Assembly (NCBI GenBank): GCA_964605735.1
Contig: CAZSDS010000001.1
Coordinates: 262,771-326,770, forward strand
Origin: an uncultured Candidatus Saccharibacteria bacterium
Lineage (GTDB): Bacteria > Patescibacteriota > Doudnabacteria > UBA920 > O2-02-FULL-48-8
Direction of reading: 5' to 3'
DNA: 64,000 nt
Shown here: in pieces, positions 8,862-18,361 of the stretch
Layout: every line of letters starts with the position of its first letter
Numbering within the stretch: the first letter of the stretch is position 1
Position numbers and translations under genes: made by a program
The notes under the pieces: generated by a model
The model's input: the letters and a program-made list of their open reading frames with translations, nothing else
The model's database searches: none
Told to the model about the DNA's origin: nothing

Positions 8862-10153
8862 AGCGATTTTATTGTTTGGTCAAACTGGGAGCCTCGATCC
8901 TTAGAATCTTTAAACATTCCAAAACTTGCTGCGGCGGGAGAAAGCAAAATAACATCTCCGGTTTCAGCAAGGGAATTTGCCTGATCAATAATCTCCTGCA
9001 TGTTTTGCGAGCCCGTCAAAATCTTCCCTTTAAACCCTTGCAGGAGCGGCAGGAGTTTTGCAGACAAATCGCCGACAACCACTAGTCCTTTAATATGGTT
9101 TGCCGACAAAATCCTTGCGCAAAGGTTTTTGTAGTCAATGCCCTTGTCATATCCCCCAATAATAAGAACCAAACCAGAGTCAAAGGATTCAATGGCAGCC
9201 AAAGTTGAGTCAGGGTTGGTGCTAGCCGAATCATTAACGTATTTGATCCCATTTTTCTCGCCGACAAACTGCAGGCGCTGTGGCACTCCGGCGAATTCCG
9301 CCACCGCAATGCGAATCACATCCTCTGCCACTCCCAAAGCCTTGCAGGTCTCAGCCGCCGCAGCGATATTCTCAAAATTGTGCGACCCAAGCAAATTAGT
9401 TAGGTATCCCTCATACGATTTGGCGTCAAAAAATATTTTTCTGCCTCGGCCTGAGTTTAAGAAAACCTCGCCCAGAGAAGGGTGCAGGATGGCGAAGTCA
9501 TTTTCGTCTTGGTGCGCGATCATCTGAGCCTTGGCCCCCAGATATTCTGCGGTGGTCGAATGGGAAGACGGACGAAAACTGCCGTCATCCAAGTGGTCAC
9601 TGGTCACCGTTAAAATCACTCCAGTGTGCGGGCTCTTATGCAGGTCAATGGTTTGGAAGCTGGAAAGTTCAAGCACAGCCACTGAGTCAGAATTCAAATG
9701 ATCAACGAAGCTCAGTGGCGGTACGCCAATATTTCCACCCAGAAAAACTGATTTGCCCGAGCGTTTCAGAATTTCATAAATCAAAGAGGCTGTGGTGGTC
9801 TTGCCTTTCGTGCCGGTTACACCCACGACATCACAAGGACAGATCTCGAAAAACAATTTTGTATGGCTGTACACCGCATCCTGATTTTTGTATGCCAGAA
9901 GTTTAGGATGGTTGCGCGGAATTCCGGGGGCACGAAACAGCAGATCAAATTCATTTATGCTGTCCAGATATGCTTCCCCACCAATACAGGTTACACCTGA
10001 CAAATCTGTTTGTGCATTGTTGAATTGCTCAGCGTTTTTGTCGAGAACCGCGGCAACGGAAACACCATGTTTTTTCAGGTACTCAAAAGTCGCCTGGCCT
10101 TCCTTGCCAAAACCCAAAATCGCAATTTTCTTTTGCTTTAAACTATCCAGCAT
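8858..10153 (-). CDS. murD: UDP-MurNAc-L-Ala:D-Glu ligase
   Basis: GVTGTKGKTTT, GGNIG, ELSSFQ, VNDSASTN, LSPAAASF. Confidence 0.95.
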   Translation of the reverse strand: MLDSLKQKKIAILGFGKEGQATFEYLKKHGVSVAAVLDKNAEQFNNAQTDLSGVTCIGGEAYLDSINEFDLLFRAPGIPRNHPKLLAYKNQDAVYSHTKLFFEICPCDVVGVTGTKGKTTTASLIYEILKRSGKSVFLGGNIGVPPLSFVDHLNSDSVAVLELSSFQTIDLHKSPHTGVILTVTSDHLDDGSFRPSSHSTTAEYLGAKAQMIAHQDENDFAILHPSLGEVFLNSGRGRKIFFDAKSYEGYLTNLLGSHNFENIAAAAETCKALGVAEDVIRIAVAEFAGVPQRLQFVGEKNGIKYVNDSASTNPDSTLAAIESFDSGLVLIIGGYDKGIDYKNLCARILSANHIKGLVVVGDLSAKLLPLLQGFKGKILTGSQNMQEIIDQANSLAETGDVILLSPAAASFGMFKDSKDRGSQFDQTIKSL

Positions 10154-10162
10154 TATGAAACC

Positions 10163-11722
10163 TTATCTTCTGACTATCGAGCCATACATTCCCTGCAAGG
10201 CATTTTCCGACCAAGCCACATGCCCATTAACCAGCACATCCGATATGCCGAGCGGATACTGGTACGGATGCTTGTAGGTGGCTGTGTCCTGGACCAGTTT
10301 TGGATCAAAAATCACAATATCCGCAACAGCATTTTCATTAATCACTCCCCTGGTATTCAAACCCAGCAACCGGGCGGGCTCCGAAGTCATTTTCTTTATG
10401 GCATGCTCCCATTTCATTACCTTCTTTTCCCTGACCATTTTAAGGAAGGCTGGCATTGAGCCAAAGCATCTTGGATGAACGAGATGTTTTTGGTCAAAAT
10501 TATAACCAGCTCCGTCAGAAGAAATAATGGAAAGCGGAGACGACACAAACAGCTCCACCTGTTCGTCATTGAAATTATGGTCAAAAACAACCACTTGGGC
10601 CTGCGTTGCCGTCAGCACATTTAATATCGCTTCCTCTTTGGAACAATTTTGGTTGGCGGCTATCTCAATCATATTTTTGCCTATCAAACCGCTGGTGGCA
10701 TCAGCAGTGGCCACAATCAAGTTTTCGTATTCGAATTCCTGCTGTTTCAGATGATCCAAAATTTTGCGGCGCTCAGTCGGAAGCGCTATGCGCTTCAAAA
10801 TTTCTGAACGCCCGCCTTCATACGCCCAGCGAGGCAGATAAGTATAAAGGACTGACCATGAAGAGCTGTACGGGTAAACATCAAAAGAAATATCAACGCC
10901 ATGATGGTAAGCTGTTTCCAGCTTATTGATCAACCGGTCAAAGTTATGCCAGTTCTTTTTCCCGCGTATTTTCATATGGGAAATTTTAACCGGTATCTCA
11001 CAGCGTGTAGCAAGGTCAACCGCCTCATCCACTGCGTCAAGAACAGCACTGCCTTCTGAACGCAGGTGAACGCTAAGATATTTATTCTGTTTTTTCAAAA
11101 GAGAGGCAAGCTTAACCAGTTCTTCGGTTGTGGAGTCTACCTCATGCGCATACATAAGTCCCATAGACATACCCATGCCTCCTTCATCCAAAGCCTGGCC
11201 CAGCAGATTTTGCATAACCTTGATTTCATCTGGTTTTGCATTACGAGGCTGGTCTCCAAGCAGTCCGCGGCGCAAAGTCGCATGCCCGATCAAACTGCCA
11301 ACGTTCACCCCTTTTGGCATATGACTGAGAACTTCCAATAATTCGCCGAATGAACTCCAGTTCACGTTAATGCCGGTTAGGTTATGCCATTTCTGGATTG
11401 TTTTTAGAACTTCCGGGGAAGCCAACGGCGCAAGCGAAGATCCGCAGTTACCCATGATTATGGTTGTAATCCCCTGCGCCAAAAGGCTTTTCTGCTCCGG
11501 CTGGTCAAACAAGGTCCAGTAGGAATCAGAGTGGTTCTGAATGTCGATGAAACCAGGAGCAACATACTTGCCGTTGGCGTTTATGATTTTGGCGGCTTTC
11601 TTGGGATTTAACGATTGTCCAATCTGGTAAATCAAACCGTTGTTGATTGCAACATCACCCTGAAACGCAGACTTGCCAGTGCCATCTATAATAGTGCCAT
11701 TTTGAATGAGAATGTCGTACAT
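10163..11722 (-). CDS. N-acyl-D-amino-acid deacylase (D-aminoacylase)-like amidohydrolase
   Basis: GTIIDGTG, PGFID..H.D, GITT...GNCG, HLRSE, SHMK, SDG, HPRCFG. Confidence 0.88.
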   Translation of the reverse strand: MYDILIQNGTIIDGTGKSAFQGDVAINNGLIYQIGQSLNPKKAAKIINANGKYVAPGFIDIQNHSDSYWTLFDQPEQKSLLAQGITTIIMGNCGSSLAPLASPEVLKTIQKWHNLTGINVNWSSFGELLEVLSHMPKGVNVGSLIGHATLRRGLLGDQPRNAKPDEIKVMQNLLGQALDEGGMGMSMGLMYAHEVDSTTEELVKLASLLKKQNKYLSVHLRSEGSAVLDAVDEAVDLATRCEIPVKISHMKIRGKKNWHNFDRLINKLETAYHHGVDISFDVYPYSSSWSVLYTYLPRWAYEGGRSEILKRIALPTERRKILDHLKQQEFEYENLIVATADATSGLIGKNMIEIAANQNCSKEEAILNVLTATQAQVVVFDHNFNDEQVELFVSSPLSIISSDGAGYNFDQKHLVHPRCFGSMPAFLKMVREKKVMKWEHAIKKMTSEPARLLGLNTRGVINENAVADIVIFDPKLVQDTATYKHPYQYPLGISDVLVNGHVAWSENALQGMYGSIVRR

Positions 11723-11729
11723 TTTATTT

Positions 11730-12755
11730 TTATCGCCCGATAAGACTTATGGTCACACCGACTACCGCTGCCACTGCAGAGATAATCCAAAAACGCATGG
11801 TAACTTTTGTTTCCGGCCAGCCAATCGCCTCAAAATGATGGTGCAGAGGCGCGGAAAGGAAAATTTTGCGTCCGAAATATTTTTTTGAAAAACGCTGCAA
11901 GAGCGACGATAATCCTTCCGCCACAAAAACCAGACCAATAATAGGCAAAACAATCCAAGAATCCGTAAGCATGGCTATGACTGCCAAGGTCGCACCCAAA
12001 GCCAGAGAGCCGGTGTCACCCATGAAAAATCTTGCAGGGTGGATATTAAACCACAAAAACGCGAGCAGCGCTCCCAGAATTGTGGCGCAGAAAGCAGCAA
12101 TACCAATATTTCCTTGTGTAAACGAGATAAATGCAAAGCCGGCAAAAGAAGTTGCCAGAACACCTCCGGCAAGACCATCCAAGCCGTCCGTTATGTTCAC
12201 GGCATTGCTGAAAAAAACCACAGTCAGAATAAAGAGCAAGGCGTAAAGGATAGGACCAATGGTCAAAACCGGATCCCAGCCGAATGCGCTGACCACAGGC
12301 ACAGTGATGGAATTGAATCCAAGTTTTTCAACGAACCACCAGGCACCCAAACCAGCAATAGCAAACTGGAAAATAAATTTGGTTTTGATCCCTAGCCCCT
12401 TAACGGCGCTTATGCCGCGGATATTCATGTAATCGTCAATCATTCCCAAAATACCTGATGAAACCAGAATAAATACCGGCAGCCAGGTTTGTGAACGGGA
12501 CAAATTGAAAAACAAGGTCAAAATAGCGGCTGTCCCCCAAATCAAAACTCCTCCCATGATCGGAGTGCCGGCTTTTTTTTCATGCAGCTTGCGGAATATT
12601 TCGGCTGAGGTATTGTCCCACGCTTTTTCCCGAAGCTGTTTGTACATTTTATGTTTGTACAAAAAATTCGTCCAAACAGGGGTTAAGGCAATCGCTAATC
12701 CAAAAGATACGGCTGCCAGGGTAAAAATTTCAATTACTGCGGGGTTTATGTTCAT
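11730..12755 (-). CDS. mraY: Phospho-MurNAc-pentapeptide transferase
   Basis: KKAGTPIMGG, DD, NAVNITDGLDGL, FMGDTGS, APLHHHFE. Confidence 0.97.
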   Translation of the reverse strand: MNINPAVIEIFTLAAVSFGLAIALTPVWTNFLYKHKMYKQLREKAWDNTSAEIFRKLHEKKAGTPIMGGVLIWGTAAILTLFFNLSRSQTWLPVFILVSSGILGMIDDYMNIRGISAVKGLGIKTKFIFQFAIAGLGAWWFVEKLGFNSITVPVVSAFGWDPVLTIGPILYALLFILTVVFFSNAVNITDGLDGLAGGVLATSFAGFAFISFTQGNIGIAAFCATILGALLAFLWFNIHPARFFMGDTGSLALGATLAVIAMLTDSWIVLPIIGLVFVAEGLSSLLQRFSKKYFGRKIFLSAPLHHHFEAIGWPETKVTMRFWIISAVAAVVGVTISLIGR

Positions 12756-12837
12756 TTTGTTTCAAAATAAGGACATATCCACAAGGGATTTGTCCTTAAA
12801 TTATACAATATTTGGCACTCGCAAAGCAAATTTGAAC

Positions 12838-13737
12838 TTACCAGCGATAAACAGAGTAGATCCAGTCCAGGATTTTCCTTGTATCTCCTTCCCGGTCATC
12901 GCTCCCAAGAACTATTGTGACAATATCAGCGCGGCCTTTTACGGAACGGACAACCAAATTCCCCTTTGCCTCGGAAGTATAGCCAGTTTTTACACCAATA
13001 ACGCTGGGGTCTTCCAGCAGAAGTTTGTTGGTGGTCGTCAGTTTGTGAGGATAGCTTAAATTTTCAGCTTTAATCTCAGTCTCAGCCGTCCGGACAATTT
13101 CATTCAGAGTTTCGTTTTTCAGAAACACCTCCAGAGCCTGAACCATGTCGTGGGCGGAAGAATAGTGCTGAGGATCATCAAATCCGATTGGGTTGGCAAA
13201 ATTCGTGTTAGTCATACCCAATGCCCGCGCTTTAACGTTCATCAGCCTGACAAAATTATCTATTGACCCGCCGACGTGCCTAACCAAAGCCCTGGTAGAA
13301 TCATTGTGCGAGGAAATCAACATGGCCTTGAGCAATTCGCTGACTTTGATCTTTTCCCCGGCCACCAAACCAGTATTCGGCCCTATAACTCTAATGTCTG
13401 CCTCCTGAACCTCAACAATCTCGTCCAGACGGCCTGATTCCATGACCACCAGCGCCGCAACGAGCTTTGTCAGGCTGGCCACAGGCAGACGATGGTCAAA
13501 ATTATGCGTGTAGAGGAAAGTTCCGCTTTGGTAATCATAGGCCAACACTGAACGAGCCGTCAGTTGTGGCTGTTCAATAATAGCAAAAAGCTCAGGAGCG
13601 GCTTTCGTATCGCTGATCCGTTCCTGGGCTCTCCCTAACACTTGTAATTTGTCGAGTTGTTTGACTTTATCTTCCCAATTCGGGATCAAACCTACGGCCA
13701 ATATACAGACTGCCGCAAAGACTAGTTTTTTTATCAT
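12838..13737 (-). CDS. D-alanyl-D-alanine carboxypeptidase (peptidase S11)
   Basis: SxxK (ASLTK), SxN (SHN), KTG; N-terminal signal/TM. Confidence 0.92.
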   Translation of the reverse strand: MIKKLVFAAVCILAVGLIPNWEDKVKQLDKLQVLGRAQERISDTKAAPELFAIIEQPQLTARSVLAYDYQSGTFLYTHNFDHRLPVASLTKLVAALVVMESGRLDEIVEVQEADIRVIGPNTGLVAGEKIKVSELLKAMLISSHNDSTRALVRHVGGSIDNFVRLMNVKARALGMTNTNFANPIGFDDPQHYSSAHDMVQALEVFLKNETLNEIVRTAETEIKAENLSYPHKLTTTNKLLLEDPSVIGVKTGYTSEAKGNLVVRSVKGRADIVTIVLGSDDREGDTRKILDWIYSVYRW

Positions 13738-13799
13738 TAAACGCGGTTACTCAGTAGTTCTCTACTATAATACTAAATCTGTCTGTTTTCTCAAAATCG

Positions 13800-13829
13800 T
13801 TGACAACGGACAACAGTCCAAATTATAAT
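13800..13829 (+). promoter_or_regulatory. trxA promoter
   Basis: TTGACA-18 nt-TATAAT. Confidence 0.7.
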
Positions 13830-13865
13830 TAAACGGTTAGGAATTAACGGCGGAGAAAGAGTGAT

Positions 13866-14189
13866 ATGGAAATTCAAATTACAGACCAAAATTTTGATCA
13901 AGAGGTTTTAAGCGGTGACAAACCAGTGCTGGTTGACTTCTGGGCACCGTGGTGCGGTCCATGCAAAATGGTTTCTCCTGCTGTCACAGAGTTGGCTGAA
14001 GAGCTGAAAGAACATTTGAAAGTCGGAAAGCTTAATGTTGATGAAAACCCACAAGCCACTTCAAAATACCAAATCTTCAGCATCCCTTCCCTGAAAGTAT
14101 TCAAGGGCGGGAAAATCATTGGAGAAATTGTTGGCGCCGCTCCAAAAGCCGTCATTGAACAAAAGGTCAAATCCATTATCGGTATTTAA
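13866..14189 (+). CDS. trxA: Thioredoxin
   Basis: DFWAPWCGPCK active site. Confidence 0.98.
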   Translation: MEIQITDQNFDQEVLSGDKPVLVDFWAPWCGPCKMVSPAVTELAEELKEHLKVGKLNVDENPQATSKYQIFSIPSLKVFKGGKIIGEIVGAAPKAVIEQKVKSIIGI

Positions 14190-14200
14190 TTACAGATACG

Positions 14201-14231
14201 AAAAAAAACCGCCCGTGGGCGGTTTTTTTTT
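14201..14231. terminator. bidirectional intrinsic terminator
   Basis: A8-CCGCC-CGTG-GGCGG-T9 between convergent genes. Confidence 0.9.
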
Positions 14232-14433
14232 ACTGGCCAGAGGCCCCATCAATATCCACGTTTGCTCCGGGGTTCTCAGAGTCACTGCTCGACCCTCCAA
14301 ATAAGTTGGATCCGAACAGTAATACAGCCAAGAGGACTATCAGCACCGCAACTACAGCCCATAAGCCTGCCCCTGTACCGGAATCACGTTCAACGTAATG
14401 GTGATGGTCGTGCATTTCGGCTGGTTTTGCCAT
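14230..14433 (-). CDS. small single-TM protein
   Basis: His-rich N-terminus, one TM, SD AGGAG upstream. Confidence 0.7.
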   Translation of the reverse strand: MAKPAEMHDHHHYVERDSGTGAGLWAVVAVLIVLLAVLLFGSNLFGGSSSDSENPGANVDIDGASGQ

Positions 14434-14460
14434 AAATTATTTCTCCTATTTACTTGCTGT

Positions 14461-14730
14461 TTACCGAGGAAGCGACGAAGTGCGCTGGAAGCCCCTCACG
14501 ATTCCAAGCAAGACCACTGAGCCCAGCAAGGCAACCAGGAAGCTTGTTATGTCAAAACCAGTGTTGAGGTCCGGGCCGCCGAATAGCGCCACCAGCCAAC
14601 CTCCTATCAGTGCACCCAGAATACCTACCACTATGTTAGCCCCAATACCCATCTGGGCATCAGTTCTCATAATCATGCTTGCCACCCAACCTGCCAATCC
14701 TCCAACCACAATCCACGCGAGAATATTCAT
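14461..14730 (-). CDS. GlsB/YeaQ/YmgE family stress membrane protein
   Basis: MNILAWIVVGGLAGWVASMIM...NIVVGILGALIGG. Confidence 0.92.
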   Translation of the reverse strand: MNILAWIVVGGLAGWVASMIMRTDAQMGIGANIVVGILGALIGGWLVALFGGPDLNTGFDITSFLVALLGSVVLLGIVRGFQRTSSLPR

Positions 14731-14766
14731 TATTAATCACCCCTTTCTTTTTTAATTTGTTAATTA

Positions 14767-15183
14767 TTAAGCCCGGAAATCAAAACTGTCGTCGAGCTTA
14801 GGTTCCGAGTCGCTCAAACTGCCCGTGCTGCCCGCACCTGTCGCAATGTTTGAGCTTGGCGGATCTTTCCACCGGTCTTTTATTCTTGCCCAGTGAAATT
14901 TTAAATCACTGACCATATCCTGAAGTTCGTTTTGGCTGATGCCTTTGGCTTTGCCGTACGCACTGCTGACCTCGTCAACAATTTGGTTATATCTCGTTTG
15001 TGTCATGTCTCTGAACGCATTCGTTCGGTCAAGCACCTGTGACTTCATCTCCTGATAAGCCTTGCTTTCGTTAACTTTTTTCTTTATCTTTTCGCCGAAT
15101 AGCGCCCAGACCACCATACCGCCGACAAACCCTAATACCGCACCGCCCCAACCCATCCCCCTGCCCGCTGAATACGCACTCAT
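14767..15183 (-). CDS. YtxH-like protein
   Basis: Gly-rich N-terminal TM followed by a Lys-rich amphipathic helix. Confidence 0.55.
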   Translation of the reverse strand: MSAYSAGRGMGWGGAVLGFVGGMVVWALFGEKIKKKVNESKAYQEMKSQVLDRTNAFRDMTQTRYNQIVDEVSSAYGKAKGISQNELQDMVSDLKFHWARIKDRWKDPPSSNIATGAGSTGSLSDSEPKLDDSFDFRA

Positions 15184-15189
15184 AGAAAT

Positions 15190-15435
15190 TTATCTCCTGA
15201 AAATAAATGTTCTTAATATCCTAAAGATTACCCCGACCAAAGTAACCTTTCCCCAACTCTTTGCCATGGTTCCCAGAGAATTCTGGATATCCCTCGCGGC
15301 AAGGTTCAGCGTACGAAACCCAGTTTTCGCCAAACGACTTATCTGATAGATCACGTAAAAAAAGAAGACAATAAAAATGCTGACTAATATCAGAGCAACG
15401 CTTGCAACCCCATAAAAAAATTCTTGTGCTTCCAT
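15190..15435 (-). CDS. small membrane protein (DUF948/YtxG-like)
   Basis: Start re-called at ATG 15435 (MEAQEFF...); TM plus helix; TAAGAT -10 element 7 nt upstream. Confidence 0.55.
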   Translation of the reverse strand: MEAQEFFYGVASVALILVSIFIVFFFYVIYQISRLAKTGFRTLNLAARDIQNSLGTMAKSWGKVTLVGVIFRILRTFIFRR

Positions 15436-15544
15436 ACTCGTAATCTTAGTGTAATAATTCACAATCTCAAGTGTCTTATTGCACCAACTTAATTCAACCA
15501 AGCAATACAAAAGATTGACGATAATACCCAAAGTTGTGGACAAT

Positions 15545-15570
15545 AAAAAACGGCCTTTTCTGGCCGTTTT
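15545..15570 (-). terminator. terminator after ykuK-like gene
   Basis: AAAACGGCC-TTTTCT-GGCCGTTTT inverted repeat. Confidence 0.75.
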
Positions 15571-15611
15571 GCCTAGTATTTCCAAATCCGCGCCGACTTT
15601 GATTATTGTGA

Positions 15612-16100
15612 TTATGTATGACGATCCGCTACGGATGAAGCCCCGTAAGAATCCGGTTTGGTTTTAACCGTGAACCCGTTCCCTTTAATCATACCTACGA
15701 TTTCATTTACCATTTTTTTAGTCTCGCCGTTTGGTCCAACATCAACGTGAATGGACAAATTAAAATCTTCAACCTTCATCCGCTTAAGTTTCTCAATCAA
15801 CTGCTCTGCAAGGTGCAGTGAAAACAAGGCTTCCTGAAAAATTCTTTGCCTTAAGCTATACATGTGGGCCTCATGTTTTTTGGCCCAGAAATATATTCCG
15901 CCGCTTCTCTTCCTGTGCACGATTATGGCCGAAACAAACTCAGCCGTATGGTTGCCATACAGCAATGAATCAGTCCCGATTATCAGTTCGTATTGCATGC
16001 CCGGGGCAATAGCTATGTAATCCAGTAATTTTTGCACAGCACCGTCAAAATCGAGCTGGCCATAAGTTTGGCTATTGAATTGGTTAAATTCGTAAGTCAT
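15612..16100 (-). CDS. RNase H-like YkuK (DUF458) family protein
   Basis: IIGTDS, IHVDVGPNGET, KPDSYGASSVADRH. Confidence 0.9.
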   Translation of the reverse strand: MTYEFNQFNSQTYGQLDFDGAVQKLLDYIAIAPGMQYELIIGTDSLLYGNHTAEFVSAIIVHRKRSGGIYFWAKKHEAHMYSLRQRIFQEALFSLHLAEQLIEKLKRMKVEDFNLSIHVDVGPNGETKKMVNEIVGMIKGNGFTVKTKPDSYGASSVADRHT

Positions 16101-16985
16101 TTAGACGTGAATTAATTTTTCCCGGCACTCAACTCTGCAAAAAGCCTTTCCGTCAACAATACAATTCTCACAGCAGATAAAATGTTTGTGGCACTCGTCA
16201 TAAGCGCAATTTACGTAATTTTCGGATGAAGTTTCGCATAAAGCACATTTGCCCAGGACCTCATGCCCGGGAGCATCCGTTTCAAAACCCATTAACACGC
16301 GGTTGTCGAAAACATAGAGCTTCCCTTTAAAATGCTGGTTGGGGAATTTTTCCATGTACGAAACAATCCCATCCTTAAGCTGGTAAACTTCCTTAAAACC
16401 TTTTTTTATGAGATAGCCTGAGGCTTTTTCACAACGGACGCCTCCGGTGCAGACAGTAATTACGGTTTGATCCTTTAGGTGCGAGATATTCTCCACCGCA
16501 TTTTTTAGGTCTTTGAAGTTTTCCATGCCCGGCAAAACTGAATCTTCAAATTGGCCTGCTGCCTGCTCATAGTCGTTGCGCATATCGACTATTTTAAATT
16601 TTTTGCCTTGCATGAACCAGTTGTGAAGCTCTTCTGCGGACAGGTATTTACCTGTGACTTCATTTGGATTAACATCCTCTTCACCCAAAAAACTGGTGAC
16701 AATCTCTTTTCGAACTTTTACTGCCAGCTTGGGAAAAGCCTTGCCAGTGCCCGGGCTTTTCTTCCAGCTGATGCCGGAAAAAAGTCCATGGTTGTCCATG
16801 AACTGGCAATAAGCCTCAACTGCATGCTTGTCTCCCTCTAAGGTGCCGTTAATCCCCTCAGAGCCAATCAAAATACGGCCTTTCAGGCCTAGTTCATGGC
16901 AGAGTGACCTTTGTTGGATCATGATGTCACGAGGTCTTGGAATGCTGACGTATTTGTAATAGAGAAGAATGACCGGGTTTTTCAT
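16101..16985 (-). CDS. trhO: TrhO/YceA rhodanese-domain tRNA uridine(34) hydroxylase family
   Basis: LLYYKY, GRILIGSEGINGT, DMRNDYE, CTGGVRCEKAS, LYVFDNR, Cys-rich C-terminus. Confidence 0.88.
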   Translation of the reverse strand: MKNPVILLYYKYVSIPRPRDIMIQQRSLCHELGLKGRILIGSEGINGTLEGDKHAVEAYCQFMDNHGLFSGISWKKSPGTGKAFPKLAVKVRKEIVTSFLGEEDVNPNEVTGKYLSAEELHNWFMQGKKFKIVDMRNDYEQAAGQFEDSVLPGMENFKDLKNAVENISHLKDQTVITVCTGGVRCEKASGYLIKKGFKEVYQLKDGIVSYMEKFPNQHFKGKLYVFDNRVLMGFETDAPGHEVLGKCALCETSSENYVNCAYDECHKHFICCENCIVDGKAFCRVECREKLIHV

Positions 16986-17025
16986 ACGGAGATATTATAC
17001 TTATCCACGGCTCAAATTACCAGCC

Positions 17026-17097
17026 TTGACAATACTGCTGAGATGTATTAAAATTTCCAGTTCCCGTTTTTTAGCACCCGCAATTCAATAAAGGAGG
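17026..17097 (+). promoter_or_regulatory. sigma70 promoter and SD of the lysozyme-like gene
   Basis: TTGACA(17026)-17 nt-TAAAAT(17049); AAGGAGG at 17091-17097. Confidence 0.75.
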
Positions 17098-17101
17098 AAC
17101 C

Positions 17102-17740
17102 ATGTTCGACCAAGCGCTCCTGTTGCTTTTATTGGCAGGTTTTGCCAGTGAAGGCCAACAGGTTACTACAAATGCTGAAATCAAAGCAGTGATAGCGGAA
17201 AATCAGTTTGTGGTGACCAGGTATTTTGGCGATACGCTGGCTCAACCTGACGCGCCAGAGCCAAAGGTCACACCAACAATGAGCGCCAAAGCCAACCACA
17301 AGATCTACGTTGAGAATCTGATCAGGGAGATCTTTGCCCCCGCTGGTCCGAAGGAAGTACAGCGGGCACTGGCAGTTAGCTTTTCTGAAAATCAACCCAG
17401 AGATTGTAAAGCTGTCAGTCCTGTGAATAAGAACGGAAGTGTAGACTTAGGCGTATTCCAAATGAACTCAAAGCACATGGATGAATACGCTGACCTTGAT
17501 TTTCACGACTGCCGCGACAATATCATCGCAGCGTATCGGCACTCTCGTAAATACGGATGGAGGCGCTGGACAGTTTTCAGAAACGGCAGGTATCTGGAGT
17601 CCCTGCCGCTCTACCAAAACGAAACAGTGTACACTGCATCCACCACCTCGGTTGCTGGGTTTACTGTCACTTCCACCACCAGCTTGCCCCAAGATCAAAT
17701 CGGACTGGTTGTTACCCAGTCCCCAAACAGCAGACGCTGA
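17102..17740 (+). CDS. secreted lysozyme-like/SLT transglycosylase-fold protein
   Basis: Signal peptide; catalytic-type E (SFSEN), 'NxNGSVDLGVFQMNS', 'NIIAA...GWRRW'; Ser/Thr-rich tail. Confidence 0.75.
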   Translation: MFDQALLLLLLAGFASEGQQVTTNAEIKAVIAENQFVVTRYFGDTLAQPDAPEPKVTPTMSAKANHKIYVENLIREIFAPAGPKEVQRALAVSFSENQPRDCKAVSPVNKNGSVDLGVFQMNSKHMDEYADLDFHDCRDNIIAAYRHSRKYGWRRWTVFRNGRYLESLPLYQNETVYTASTTSVAGFTVTSTTSLPQDQIGLVVTQSPNSRR

Positions 17741-17765
17741 CGCACTCTCCGAGTGCGTCTTTTTT
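17739..17765 (+). terminator. intrinsic terminator
   Basis: GACGCACTC-TCC-GAGTGCGTC-T6. Confidence 0.85.
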
Positions 17766-17798
17766 AATATAAAAATTCCCGGAGTAGAACCAAGTCAC

Positions 17799-18260
17799 TT
17801 ATTTTTCAACCAACTCCTTTAACAACTTTAAGGCCTTTGCCCACATTTTATCAAACGTCTCTTTATGTTCATCTTCGACGTCCATATCAACAACCAACTC
17901 AGTACCATCATCATTTTCGTTGAAAGTATAATTTTCGAAAGCTGGCGCCCACTTCTTAGCCAGTTCACTTGTGGTGTCCTCAACGCCATCTTTATATATA
18001 CCCAAGTGTTCTATGGAAATGAATTCTGGCTTGCGACTTTCCTTGATTCGACTAACCATACCTCCTTCACCGTCTCCGTCTGGTGAGGGTCCAATGAATA
18101 AAATTTTGGAGCCTTGCTCCCAACTGCCTTCGTAACGGCTTCCCGGGTTAAAAGCAACAGTCCACTGCGGGTAAGTTTCAGGCGACAACATGATTTCCCA
18201 AACTTTTTCCCGCGGCGCGTTGATTTGTATTGACTGATGTACCTTTTGCATATGTTTCAT
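17799..18260 (-). CDS. SRPBCC/AHSA1-like domain protein
   Basis: SIQINAPREKVWE...YPQW...W.KAL..LKELVE. Confidence 0.9.
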   Translation of the reverse strand: MKHMQKVHQSIQINAPREKVWEIMLSPETYPQWTVAFNPGSRYEGSWEQGSKILFIGPSPDGDGEGGMVSRIKESRKPEFISIEHLGIYKDGVEDTTSELAKKWAPAFENYTFNENDDGTELVVDMDVEDEHKETFDKMWAKALKLLKELVEK

Positions 18261-18361
18261 AAATTTTTAACTGTTTTGCTTAGCACTTAGCACTGATAGC
18301 ATACAGGTATAAACAACATGCGTAAATCGTTGCTAATACCTTATGGTAAGTACGAACAAAT

